DNA of 54,603 nt, from contig NC_057751.1 of the NCBI RefSeq assembly GCF_004010195.1, positions 3,068,379 to 3,122,981 on the forward strand. The letters are read 5' to 3'. This document shows positions 11,501-23,288 of the stretch, in pieces (the first letter of the stretch is position 1; every line of letters begins with the position of its first letter). A program made the position numbers and the translations under genes. The notes beneath the pieces are model-generated. The model did no database searches. It saw only the letters and a program-made list of their open reading frames with translations, and was not told the DNA's origin. The stretch comes from Chiloscyllium plagiosum. Its lineage: Eukaryota.

Positions 11501-14500
11501 NNNNNNNNNNNNNNNNNNNNNNNNNNNNNNNNNNNNNNNNNNNNNNNNNNNNNNNNNNNNNNNNNNNNNNNNNNNNNNNNNNNNNNNNNNNNNNNNNNNN
11601 NNNNNNNNNNNNNNNNNNNNNNNNNNNNNNNNNNNNNNNNNNNNNNNNNNNNNNNNNNNNNNNNNNNNNNNNNNNNNNNNNNNNNNNNNNNNNNNNNNNN
11701 NNNNNNNNNNNNNNNNNNNNNNNNNNNNNNNNNNNNNNNNNNNNNNNNNNNNNNNNNNNNNNNNNNNNNNNNNNNNNNNNNNNNNNNNNNNNNNNNNNTC
11801 AGCACTGACCCTCTGACAGTGCGTCACTCCCTCAGCACTGACCCCCCGACAGTGCGTCACTCCCTCAGCACTGACCCTCCGACAGTGCGGCACTCCCTCA
11901 GCACTGACCCTCTGACAGTGCAGCACAACAGACACTCTGGCTGAGGAACCAAGGGCACCAATGGTAATACACACACACATACAGACACTCAGTTAAAAAT
12001 CACACAACACCAGCTTATAGTCCAACCGGTTTAATTAGAAGCACTAGCTTTCGGAGCAGTGCTCCTTCATCACTCAATTGTAGTGCTTCCAATTAAACCT
12101 GTTGGACTATAACCTGGTGTTGTGTGATTTTTATCTTTGTACACCCCAGTCCAACACCGGCATTTGCAAATACAGACACTCACACACACGCACATACAAA
12201 CACACACCCAGAGAGACACACATGCTCACATGACTCTCCTGCTTTCCATCTCCCTGGACAATCTCCTCTTAAGGATACCAGTTTAATTTTGGTTAAGATA
12301 TCAGCAGCTGAGCTCCCTGTTAATCTCACTTAATCTCTGCCATGAATTATGTCTCAGTGAGGCGAGGGGTTTGGAGCAAAGTGACTGCCTTTCACACTGC
12401 GAGCTGGAAATTTGAGCAGTGCCTGCTCTCAGTCCCCACACCTTGTTCAACCCTCATATTTCACTCAGTGACCATGCAACCAGAAGGAATTGCTCTCCCG
12501 TACCTGGTGGCATTGCAGGATGTGAGCTGCTGGCTGGTGTTAATTGATGAATTGATTGAATGACTCAATGGGATGGAGGAATAAGTGGTACTGGGGAGAT
12601 GGACAGTGGGGCGGGGGGAAGGGACTAAGCTGCGAGCCTGAGTTGTTGGTAAACTCGAACCAACAGGTTCGGTTCTGAGTTGGCTGTTTGGTTGATGTTG
12701 CTGCATTATTGCAAATTGACTTTGATCCTCTAATATCGCAGAGTGAAACACAGTACGGGCTGTTAAGCTCTCAGCTCTTTGTTAATCCCCTGGGAAGACC
12801 AGTCTCTCTCATCAGTTACAAGCAGTACACAGTGCAGACATTTCCTGCCTGTGCTTTCTTTAAGAGAGTGATGTTTCCATGTCCCTTCCTTGGCCCATGT
12901 GTTCTCAGTGGGTCACATTCCCAGCTAAGTTCATGGATCTTGAAAAATGTCCAGATTCCAGAGGAGGAAGTGGTGGATGTCTTGAAAAGCATAAAGATAG
13001 GTAAATCCCCAGAACCTGATCAGGTGTACCCTAGAACTCTGTAAGAAGCTAGAGAAGTGATTGCTGGGCCTCTTGCTCAGATATTTGTATCATTGATAGT
13101 CACAGTGAGGTGCCGGAAGACTGGAGATTGGCAAACGTGATGCCACTGTTTAAGAAGGGCGGTAAAGACAAGCCAGGAAACTACAGAGAGGTGAGCCTGA
13201 TGTCGGTGGTGAGTAAGTTGTTGGAGGGAATCCTGAGGGACAGGATGCACATGTATTTGGAAAGGCAAGGACTGATTTGGGATAGTCAACATGGCTTTGT
13301 GTGTGGGAAATCATGTCTCACAAACTTGATTTGAGTTATTTGAAGAAGTAACAAAGAGGATTGATGAGGGCAGAACAGTAGATGTGATCTATTGGGCTTC
13401 AGTCAGGTGTTCGACCAGGTTCCCCATGGGAGACTGGTGAGCAAGGTTAGATCTCACGGAATACAGTAAGAACTCGCCATTTAGATACAGAACTGGCTCA
13501 AAGGTAGAGGGTGGTGGTGGAGGGTTGTTTTTCAGACTGGAGGTCTGTGACCAGTGGAGTGCCACAAGGATCAGTGCTGGGTCCCATACATTTTGTCATT
13601 TATATAAATGATTTGGATGCGAGCATAAGAGGTACAGTTAGTAAGTTTACAGATGACACCAAAATTGGAGGTGCAGTGGACAGCAAAGAGGGTTACCTCA
13701 GATTACAACAGGATCTGGACCAGATGGGCCAATGGGCTGAGAAGTGGCAGATGGAGTTTAATTCAGATAAATGCAAGGTGCTGCATTTTGGAAACTTGAA
13801 AGGGTTCAGAAAAGATTTACAAGGATGTTGCCAGGGTTGGAGGATTTGAGCTATAGGGAGAGGCTGAACAGGCTGGGGCTGTTTTCCCTGGAGCGTCGGA
13901 GGCTGGGGGGTGACCTGAGAAAGGTTTATAAAATCATGAAGGGCATCGATAGGGTAAACAGACAAAGTCATTTTCCCAATTTGGGAGAGACCAAAATGCA
14001 AGGGGATAGGTTCAGGGTGAGAGGGAAAAGATTTCAAAGGGACCTAAGGGACAACTTTTTCATACAGAGGGTGGTACGTGTATGGAATGAGCTGCCAGAG
14101 GATGTGGTGGAGGCTGGTACAATGACAACTTTTAAAGGTATCTGGATGGGTATATGAGGAGGAAGGGTTTGGAGGGATATGGGACTAGATGAGATTGGTA
14201 TATTTGGTCGGCATGGATGAGTTGGACCGAATGATCTGTTTCCGTGCAGTACAGCTCTGTGACTCAGTAGGTGGTGCTCTCAGCTGGGTTCAGGGCTCCT
14301 GTCAGCAGACTTCCCTCCAGCCATGGAGTATCACCCCTCCACACAGGTCCCCAACTCCTGAAGAAGGGCTAATGCCCGAAACGTCGATTCTCCTGTTCCC
14401 TGGGTGCTGCCTGACCTGCTACACTTTTCCAGCAACACATTTTCAGCCCCAACTCTGTCTGCAGACTGACCACTGACATGGGGTAGATGTCATGGTTTCC

Positions 14501-17500
14501 ACCACCACTCTTCAAGAAAGAACTTCCCAGTCTTAGGGTTATCCTTAACTCTTCAACCAGCCTGCACTTTCCAGCCAGTTCGTGGACTGAATGGGATCTT
14601 ACTGTGCAAGCATTAGGTGTCACATTGCTAGTGTGAGATGCCAAAAGCTGGGGTGCATCTCGAGGGAGTGAATATGGAGGGGATACAGACTGAAAGGATT
14701 CCCAAGCTTGGTGTCTTGCTGCCCCTGCATGATGCCCTGACTGGGGAAGTGCGGTTGATGGTGGGGGGGGTCAGTGAAACTGGACACCCCTTCGCTGTGT
14801 CCGATTGCGACTGTGATTTGGGAGGTCCGAAGCATTTGTCCGAGAGGAAAGTGGGCAGTGAAGGGAGCCTTACTGTCCACAGATCAACACCAAGACATCC
14901 GCTCTCACAGTCACACGGTCAGGACACAATGCAAGAATGCCAACAGCAGGAAGGGTGATGACTGTGATTGGCCAAGGTATTGTTGTGGAGAAAGCAGTAT
15001 GAAATCAAGGCATCCCCCCACCGCCCCACTCTGGCTAGTTGAGAAAAGGTGCAAAGTTTGATCATGTCCCTTTGGTGTGGGAAAGATTAGGATCGGATGT
15101 CTATCGCCTCCAGCAATGAGCCACGTAATGAGCTTCCCTGATGATTGCCCTCATTCAATTGTTTGTGTGACCAGTTGTGCGCTCTGGATTGTTGAGTAAG
15201 TGCTGCCCCATCCGTGTCTGTGGTGTGATTTGGGCCTGCAGAATGTGCCAGAGCACTCAGCAACTGATAAAGGGGGTCACCTTGACCCCCTGATTACAGG
15301 GACACTTCGTCAGGAGATTGCGAGCAGAGAGCCAGAGGAGGAACCGAAAACCTGGTTTCTGCTCAACACACCATCGGAGAAGGTACTGAGGGGAGACGGT
15401 GGGAAATGTTTGAGCTGTTTCTGACTGCACTGTGGGGGAAATGGGGTGACATATTCGAGCGGATTGTTAGTGGTGAAACAGCAAGCTGTGGGGCGGGTGG
15501 TAGGATAGCACAATTTGAGTCGGCCTTTGACAGAGACAGCAGACACACGATGGGCCAAATGGGCTGTTTCAGCCCCAGCCGTTTGACACAGTGATGTTGC
15601 CAGGCCTGAGTGTTCACACGTGGCTTGTGGAAGTTCAGTCAGTGTGTGGAACGAAGTCACAGTAAAGCGAGGGCATGTGCTGGGATGGACAATTGTAATG
15701 CAATGTCAGACTTATTGATTCTCTCCTCGTCTTCCTGCAGCCCTCGCCCTGACAGTCTGCAGCTCTCTGGAGAACAGCACCTCGACACTGACTGGTGAGT
15801 GAGTCCATGCTTCACTGGGGCCTGAATTGGGCTTGTGGGGATTGTCTCTTCTATCTGGACAGGAGAATGCCATTCAGCCCCTTTCTGAACACCTGGTTTG
15901 TTTCCCACCCTGCGTTCCTCAATAATTGAACTAGTGTTTCCCGACTCTGGTCTTGGGAACGTTAGGGGCTGCAGTTCCCTCACTCCTGTCCTGGGGCCCT
16001 GGGTTTAAATCCCACCAAGCTATAGCTGGGGGAATCTCATTGATATAGACCAGCCTGGAATTGAAAGCAAGCCTTCGAGGAGTCCGGAGTGTGGTGCTGG
16101 AAAAGCACAGCACCTCAGGCAGCATCCGAGGAGCAGGAGAGTCCATGTTCCATCAGGAATATTGTCGTGGAAAAGCCCTCCGATTGATCCGTGTCCTTCA
16201 GGGCAGGGAATTTGCCCATCTTCACTCAGTCGGGCAGCATCAGGAGGTAGAGAAGTTCTACGTTTCAGGTTGGAACCCTTCTTCAGGACTGGGGATAGGG
16301 GTGTAAGGGGGAGCTGCAGATAAAGGGGGGGCTGTTGTCAGTGGGAAGCTCAGAGTGAGTGGCAGCAATCACAGTCCTGGTGTTTGACAGTGAATCTGAC
16401 CATCACAGTCCTTGGCTGTTCTCAAGTCTTGACAGAGCTGTTAATCCCCTCATTCCCACCTCAGAGAAACTTGCATTGCAGTAGCACCTTTGGGGTTTGC
16501 GCCTCCCCCATCCTATCCCCATTGAGAGTTTGGCCTTATGGAGCAATTAGAGGTCAGGAACTATCTGCAGGCTTCTATTGGTTCAGAAGTCATGTTATAT
16601 TGAGAAACTAACTACTGCCATCCACCTGAGAGATAACCAGAGGGTCAGGGGTCAATCTCTCTCTCTCTCTCTCTCTCTCTGTGTTTCCCGTGCCGTGTGC
16701 TCGCGATGGGAGGAGTCCAGGTCATGACCCCTGTTGAGTTGCTGATGGAGAAACAGGAACTCCAGTGTGACTGAGCAAGGCTGGTCACTGTCCACCCAGG
16801 GAGTGACTGTGTGAATGAACTGTCCTCTCCCCCACACCTGACCCCCACTCCCAGTCCCAACTCACACTCAGATTTGGCACTGTGCCCGTTCCAAGAGGAG
16901 GCCATTCGTGCCATCTGCTCTGTGCTGATATCCATGTTCCTCTCCCAACCCCTTCATTTCACCCCATTGACACTGCCTTCTGTTCCCCTGTCCCTTGTGT
17001 TCAGCCAGTTTGCCCCTTTCACATATCCGCAATGTACCCTTTACCCAGCACCTGGAAGAGCAAACCCCTCAGACTGGCCACGCCGTCTCCGAGCGAGATG
17101 TCTGTCTTCTCCAGAGTTGCTGACTAGACCGCTGTGTGAGTGCCTCCCTCAGCGTCAGGCTGGGGCTGAGACTGAGCAGCCAGTGCCCCCTTGCCCTCAG
17201 GTCTCCATGGTGGGTGTGTAAGCTGCCTGTGGGACAGAATGCCCGTACCATCATGGGCACAGAGTACTTGGTGTTAGCCCCAGGTGACAGCTGCAGAGCG
17301 GATCCAGCAAAGGCAGGCTGGATCATGACTGGCAGTAATAGGAGATTCCTGCCCCGCTCCCTCTGGGAATCGAAGTTTTGTTGTGATGGAGCTCTAGTAT
17401 TACCTCCAGCCCTTGTGAAGCCCGCCGCTGTACAATACTTCAAAGGAGCAGCGTCAATGAATCAAATGTCCTGATCTTCCTCCACCCGAGTGGCCCTGGC

Positions 17501-19455
17501 ACACCCAGACCTCGAGAGCAGTTTACAGGAGGTGACAGACGCTGGATTGATCAGAATGATACAGAGAGCTCCTGGAACATGGCAGAGAGATGGTGAACAG
17601 GGGGGCATAGGCAGGGGATGTTTCTCAGCTGGGGGGGAAGGGGGGTCACTGCTCATGGAGGTCAGTACAAGGTAACCTGCCCTTCCCTTGAGTTATGCCA
17701 ACAAGCTGACCATGTGGCGGACCACACTGGCTGTTGGCCGGGGAAGGCAGCAGAATGGACAGGTACTCTGCCCGGGCTAGAACATGGCAGAGAGTGTGTG
17801 ACGGGGACGTCATTCATTTGAGTATCACACAGTGGGCACATTGGCCTCCATCAGAAAGGGGAATTGAGTGCATGTGCAAAGATGGCTTCCTACATCCAGC
17901 TCTGTTCCTGGGTATCGGGAACTGGTTTGGTCTCCTTACTCTGAGACCTGGCAGGGCAGGCTCCTCAAATTGAATCCCCTGGGAGTATTTGGCAGGACAT
18001 CTCACCTACCGTTGAGAAAGGGGAGGCGTTGACTGAGTGATCTTGTCACTGTATTGTGTCCCCAGGCCATGTTCTGGGGACCTGCTTTCAAATCCTATCA
18101 TGGCAGATGGCAGAATCCAAATTCAATAAAAACGTGGAATTGAGAGTCCAGTGATGACCATGAATCCATTGTCAATTGTTGGAGAAACCCATCTGGTTCA
18201 GTAATGTCCGTTAGAGAAAAAACTGCCTTCCTTACCTGCTCTGGTCTACATGTGACTCCAGACCCCCCAGCGATGTGGGTGAGTGTGAACTGCCCTCTGG
18301 GTAATTCAGGATGGCCTAGCCAATGATGTCCTCACCCTGTGCATGAACATAAAACAACATGGACAATTCTGACAGGGTGGCTGGGGTCTCTCAGAGGGGC
18401 AGTCTGAAAGGTTGCTGATTCAGACAGACTGGAGGGGGTAATGATCCACAGTCTGACTGAATGGGAGAGCAGCTCTCATTCATCGGGCGAACGGCCTGCT
18501 CATGCAGTCACTGAGTCCTACAGCACGGAGACAGGTCATTCAGCCCTAACTGGTCCACGCTCACCCCATTTCCCTGCACTTGGCCCATATCCTTCTCATC
18601 CTTTCCTATCCGTGTATGTGTCCAAATGCCTTTTAAATGCTGTTAATGTAGCCGCCACAACCACTTCCACTGGCAGCTCATTCCATATACATACCACCCT
18701 CTGTGTAAAAAAAGTCGCCCCTCAGGTTTCCTTTTATTATTTCCCTTCTAACCTTAAAATGGTGCCCTGTAGTCCTCAATTCCCCAACCCTGGGAAAAAG
18801 ACTGAATGCATTCACCCCATCCATGCCTCTCATGATCTCATACACCTCTGTAAGGTCTCACCCCACCCACTCTCAGTGTCTGAGGCTCAAAAGAAAAGAG
18901 TTGGGGGTCGGTCTCTCTCAGTGGGACACTGGGTACCAGCTGCAGTGAGCCAGGTTTGGCTGAGGCACGACCTGGCTCACAGACGGTGGGAAGTCAGCCC
19001 CTCCTGAAATCTCAGTGGCCTTGGGGAATTGGCAGTTCTGTTTGTAGTGTAGCCAGGCGTCGGCAGATCAGAGAGCCCAGGTACAGTGGTGTTGTCTGCC
19101 CAGAATCCGACAGCCAACTGGCAGCAGCTGCCCAGATAGGATATCCCTCCACCCCCGCCCCCGGTCCCTGAGAAACCCTCTCTCATATACAGGAAACAAA
19201 ACAGCAGCAGCATGCTCTGACCATACAATGGCAGCTTCACCAAGGTCTGAAGGTGACAGGTGTGTACTTTCTGTGCAGTGATATCTGATCAGCCTTTTCA
19301 TCCTGTGTACATTCCAACTCACCAAGGCCCTGATTAAACCAGGAACCAGACTGACTGCGTGACGTTCTGAGGGAGAGAGCTCAGAACGTGGGAGGTGTCC
19401 TTTTCAGCTCAGTCAAATAACGCTGCATTAGAGACATTCACCTTCCAGACAAAGG

Positions 19456-19495
<40 letters not shown>

Positions 19496-22400
19496 TTCTC
19501 ATACAGCACCTTCACATTCCAGCACCAGTCTGAACTGGAGTGGGGATGCAGTGAGAAGAATGGAATTGATGTGGCAGCTTGTGGCATCCCCTGCAGTGGT
19601 GCTGGCTGCTCTTCCTTGTGGGGCATCGGCTATCCTTTGTTTTTTCAGTTGGTGCTGCTCTCTCTGCCCAGGTAGCTGACAGGGATATCAGGAACTGCGA
19701 GGGTCTACACACACACACACACACTGTCTCACACAAACACACTCACGCAGAGTCTGAGATCTCCGTCTTCATCTGCTCACTGGGATCCCACCCACCCCCG
19801 CCTGAAATCGCAGAGACGTGAACACCAGAGCGAGAGATTAGAGGGCAAGGTTTGTGGCGAAGGGGGCAGCAGATTCTAAACAGAGAACTTAGTTCTCTCA
19901 AAGGGTTGTGAATCTGCGGAAATCTCTGCCCCAGGGTGTGGTGGATGCTGGGGCACGGAGGAGGTAGAGTTTTAATGAGGAATGAGTTGAACAGTTATGG
20001 GTAGGACAGTGGAGTTGAGGCTGAGATGAGATCGGCCATTGATGGTGTTAAATAGCAAAGCAGACTGGATGGGCTGAATGGTCTCCTGCTCCTGGTTGCT
20101 CAGTGCTGATGTCGGTGAAGATCAGGAGGCCGTTTCTCTGAGAGTGAGGGAGAGAGAGCACATCGTGAATTGAGCCCTTCCTGAGGCACCTGCAGCATTG
20201 AATACAGATGGAGTCTCGTAGTGCTGTCTGCTCCTCCATCTGTCCACATGAAGCTTACAAGCAGCTGCAGGAAGAGCAGAGAACTCTCACTGCTGGCTCA
20301 TGGGCCAGCCCTTCATGTAGACCTTAAACCAGAGAGATTAGCCCCATCAGTGTCCTGTGGGCAAGGCACTCTCTCTGTGTAACGTGGTTGGCCTGTGAGT
20401 GCCCACAATGGTGTGAATTTGTTCAGGATTGAGTGCACATTCCACTGTGCTGTGGGCTAATGGGAGAGCACAGCATGGCTGTGACACTGGATCCATCAGG
20501 AGAGATTCACCAGGGTGTGGCCGGGTGGGGAAGGGCTAAGGATAGGCTGGGGCTTCTTTAACTGGAGTGTAGGAGGTTGAGGGGTGACCTGATCAAGGTT
20601 TATAAAATAATGAGAGGTATAGACAGGGTTAATGGTAATTGTCTTTTCCCGAGGGTGGGGGATTTCCACACTAGGGAGCACATTTTTAAGGTGAGAGGGC
20701 ACATCTTTTACCCAGAGTGTGGTTTGTGTGTGGAGTGAACTTCCTGAGGGAGTGGCTGATGTGGGGACACTTACAATGTTTAAAAGACATTTGGATAAGT
20801 AGAGGAATAGGAAAGGGTTTGGAGGCACATGGGCCAGGAGCAGGCAGGTGGGACGTGTTTAGTTTGGGATTATGGTCAGCATGGACTGGATGGGCCGAAG
20901 GATCTGTTTCCATACTGTGTGCATCTGTGAGTTGTTGATCATTGTTCCTGTACTGGGCGATCTCTCATTGTGAGCTACCGTCTTGGTGCTGTCCCTGGCT
21001 CAAGACCGTGTGCGAGAGTTTCCCGACTGGAGCGGGTGGGCCCCAGTTACCAGGCCTATGATGTACGCACCCCTCCTTGTGGTCAGGGGCAGCCTGTCAG
21101 GAACCAGACTCCTGTGGGAAGAGGGGGGAAGAGAGCGTGCGGGCCTCCAACGACACTGACTCCACTTGGCGGTGTCTCTCTCTCTCTCTCTCTCTCCCCA
21201 AGTCCCAGAGTGAGGTTTGAACCAGGTTCCTCTGAGGCTCTGACTGGCCTCTGAAGCCTGAGCTTGGGAGATGGTGCAGACCAGGAGAGTAGGAGGCTGC
21301 TGAGGGTGCCTGAGTATATAACTGAGTGGCTGTTCTCTCCTGTCTACCTGCAGATCCTCCTGTGGCAGCTGCTGTCCGTGCACATTTTGAGGAGTGTCCT
21401 TTGTCTCACAGACACTTCTGTTTCCATGGCACCTGTCGGTTTTTGGTGCAGGAGTCTTTGGCGGCTTGTGTGTAAGTGGGTTTAGATCTGGAAATCCTGG
21501 GAGTTGGGACTGGGACCTTTCAGCCTCTTAATCACATAGGGTTGTCTGATGGTTTCACCTACAACAAAGAAACCGAACAAACAGGCCATTCAGCCCCATA
21601 ACCGTCTCTGCTGGTCCATCTGATCATGGCAGAGCTTCCATGATCTTGCACACAGAACCCCTGTCCTTGACAGCAAATGTAGGTCCTGTCTCCCCAAAGC
21701 TTCGTCAGTGCCACTGTCAAAAAAAACTCACAAATCCTTCATATTGTCTTCAAACCAGAACACCTCGCTGTCTTCCAACAGCCAGGACAGTCCCACTCCA
21801 CATCCTTCCCCCTCAACTCCATATTCTCTATGAGAAAGTACACACAGTCCTTTCTGATGTTCTCTCTGTACCTACACAGTAACTGAGGACATTTCCCAGG
21901 ACACTCTGATTCTGCTGCACTCCCAGACCGTCCCCTCTCTCTCTTTCTCTCTCTCTCTCTGTCACTCTTACTGTCTCTTTTTCACTCTGTCGCACTCACA
22001 CTCTCAGTCTCTCTCTCTCTCTCTCTGCTGATTGTCCCTAACCCTGAGAGCTCTCCCTGTTCACACATTGAGCCTGTTAGTCCCCTTTAGAAGCCCCAAG
22101 TGAGCCCTCCTGCCCCGTCTCTCAGACACTCACCACTCTGTTTGCGGAATGGGCTTTTTTGTTTGATTTGCCAAATCCCTGGAGCCTGTCCCCTCTGGTT
22201 CTGTGTTCTGGGATCAGTGGGAATACTCCACTCTGTCCTGGTTTTGTGTGTTTGGGGCTGGCTCACTCAGCTCACACACACTCACCCCAAACCATTTGAG
22301 AGCAGGAGCAGAGCCTTTCCTCTGCTCGGATTGAGAAGAGAGTGCAGATGTTGGTCACCCCATGCTCCCCACCTCCAGCCTGTACACAGGCTCCATCAGC

Positions 22401-23202
22401 TGCACAACAGTGACCATTCCCAGTCCCACACTGCATGAGGAGTTTGGGTTGGACTGTGACAGTTGGGTGGAGAAGCTGAGGTGATTCTCCAGCCAGAGAG
22501 AGATAGTGAAGGGCCGATTTTGTGAAGGAATTTTCCATGATGGAGTTCCCGTTGATAAGGAGATCCCAGGATCAAGTTGATTGACAGAAAACCAGGGGCA
22601 GAATGTGATTTATTTGATTACACAGAGGGTTTGTTACATTCTGCAATTGGGAGGAACAGATTTTTCCAAAGTTTGGAAAGGAAGTGCAGAGCACTGGACA
22701 TGGGATGGATTATTCCCAGTGAACTGCAGGGTGATGGGAAGAGAGGGAATGCTGGGTGGAATGTCTGTCTGGTGTACTTTCTCACCCTGAGTGAATATTT
22801 TTGATTGTAGCTGTCATACAGGGTACATGGGCTCCCGATGTGAACACGCTGACCTCCTGGCTGTGGTAGCTACACAGCAGAAACAACAAGCCCTCACTAC
22901 CCTGCTGGTGGTCTCCATCATTGCCTCGGCTCTCCTGATAGCGGCTTGTGTCTTACTGCAGTAAGTACCGGGACTGGGGAGTCAGGGTGGGCTAGGGGAG
23001 ATCTACTCCGTGCTCAGACCCATCAAGGAACCTATCCACAGCTGAGGGCTGGATCTGAAACCAGGCTTCTCAACACTTTCCAAAGAAGGGAAGAAATTGC
23101 ATTTATATAGCAGCCTTCAGGTGCAGTCCCTGTGCAGGACGTGTTGGGAGGGAGAAGGATTTGGAATGGTCAGTGAGCTCACTTCCCCGGTTTTCGCCCC
23201 CC

Positions 23203-23288
<86 letters not shown>

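Noticed and set aside
10786..11980. ORFs with [11 protein letters not shown] repeats and X runs
   Set aside because: Translation of the 33-bp minisatellite and the N gap.
12937..14265. Active LINE reverse transcriptase
   Set aside because: Multiple stops, frameshifts, an internal deletion, and no endonuclease or ORF1.
17069..17474. Overlapping 112-136 aa ORFs in TGFA intron 2
   Set aside because: No recognisable homology; lengths are compatible with chance in GC-rich sequence.
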